Below are positions 63,853 to 64,000 of a stretch of 64,000 bases of DNA, piece by piece. The notes below the pieces were generated by a model. The model did not search any database, was not told the origin of the DNA, and saw nothing but the letters and a program-made list of their open reading frames with translations. The position numbers were made by a program, and so were the translations under genes. The stretch is from the NCBI GenBank assembly GCA_015055815.1, contig SVHM01000001.1, positions 169,774 through 233,773 on the forward strand, read 5' to 3'. The stretch is from Clostridiales bacterium. Lineage in GTDB: Bacteria > Bacillota > Clostridia > Christensenellales > UBA1242. Each line of letters starts with the position of its first letter. The stretch's first letter is position 1.

Positions 63853-64000
63853 AAACTTTCCTTTTCTACAAAATAGTATAATACATTTGTCGAATATTTA
63901 CAAGCAACATTTAAGTATTTGATATTTAAACTAAAATATGGGAATTATTAAACATGATTAAAAAAACTATTTTAAGCAAAATTTCAAACGGCATATTTTT

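Noticed and set aside
63954-64000. Plus-strand ATG opening MIKKTILSKISNGIF at the right edge
   Set aside because: Only 15 codons are visible and the Shine-Dalgarno is weak, so it cannot be supported.

Overview
This is a visibly AT-rich (roughly 70% A+T by eye, not computed) chromosomal segment of Firmicutes/Clostridia type. It holds about 60 real CDS, all but six on the minus strand. All calls come from motif recognition and synteny, with no database search.

Most of the window is conserved housekeeping:
- rsmB(partial)-fmt-def-priA-rpoZ, then ligA-pcrA
- rpsU, a HIT protein, then mtaB-rsmE-dnaJ-dnaK-grpE-hrcA with a CIRCE operator and a sigmaA-type promoter
- efp, ynbB, a second divergent deformylase, hemW-lepA, gmk, rarA
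- a class-A RNase P RNA (rnpB, 27.9-28.2 kb), which the ORF track shows only as a spurious ORF
- an uninterrupted pro-sigmaK gene, yrrO-trmR-rnj, a pdaB-like deacetylase, parE-parC, murG, ddl-murF, and tsaE-tsaB-rimI

The accessory part lies at about 34.15-45.07 kb. It is a compact, tightly packed phage-derived late module:
- a RinA/ArpU-like activator, TerL, two tiny ORFs, portal, scaffold and capsid
- two small head-completion ORFs, a 499-aa repeat-rich protein and a 231-aa protein
- a BhlA/UviB-like peptide and a 2-TM holin-like protein

The module has no recognisable integrase, repressor, replication genes, tail tube, tape measure, fibre, ejection proteins or endolysin, yet every ORF is intact. 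It is my best candidate for an undescribed domesticated particle, GTA-like or satellite-like system. Two signal-peptide / SH3b-repeat / C-terminal-anchor proteins on the opposite strand accompany it.

Other oddities:
- ParC carries a roughly 195-aa K/E-rich N-terminal extension.
- MurF has a polytopic membrane segment in place of its N-domain.
- PcrA has a Ser/Tyr/Gly low-complexity linker.
- There is a tandem-OB SSB paralogue.
- A GDPD-fold protein appears to lack the catalytic residues.

I saw no CRISPR array, rRNA, tRNA or transposase.
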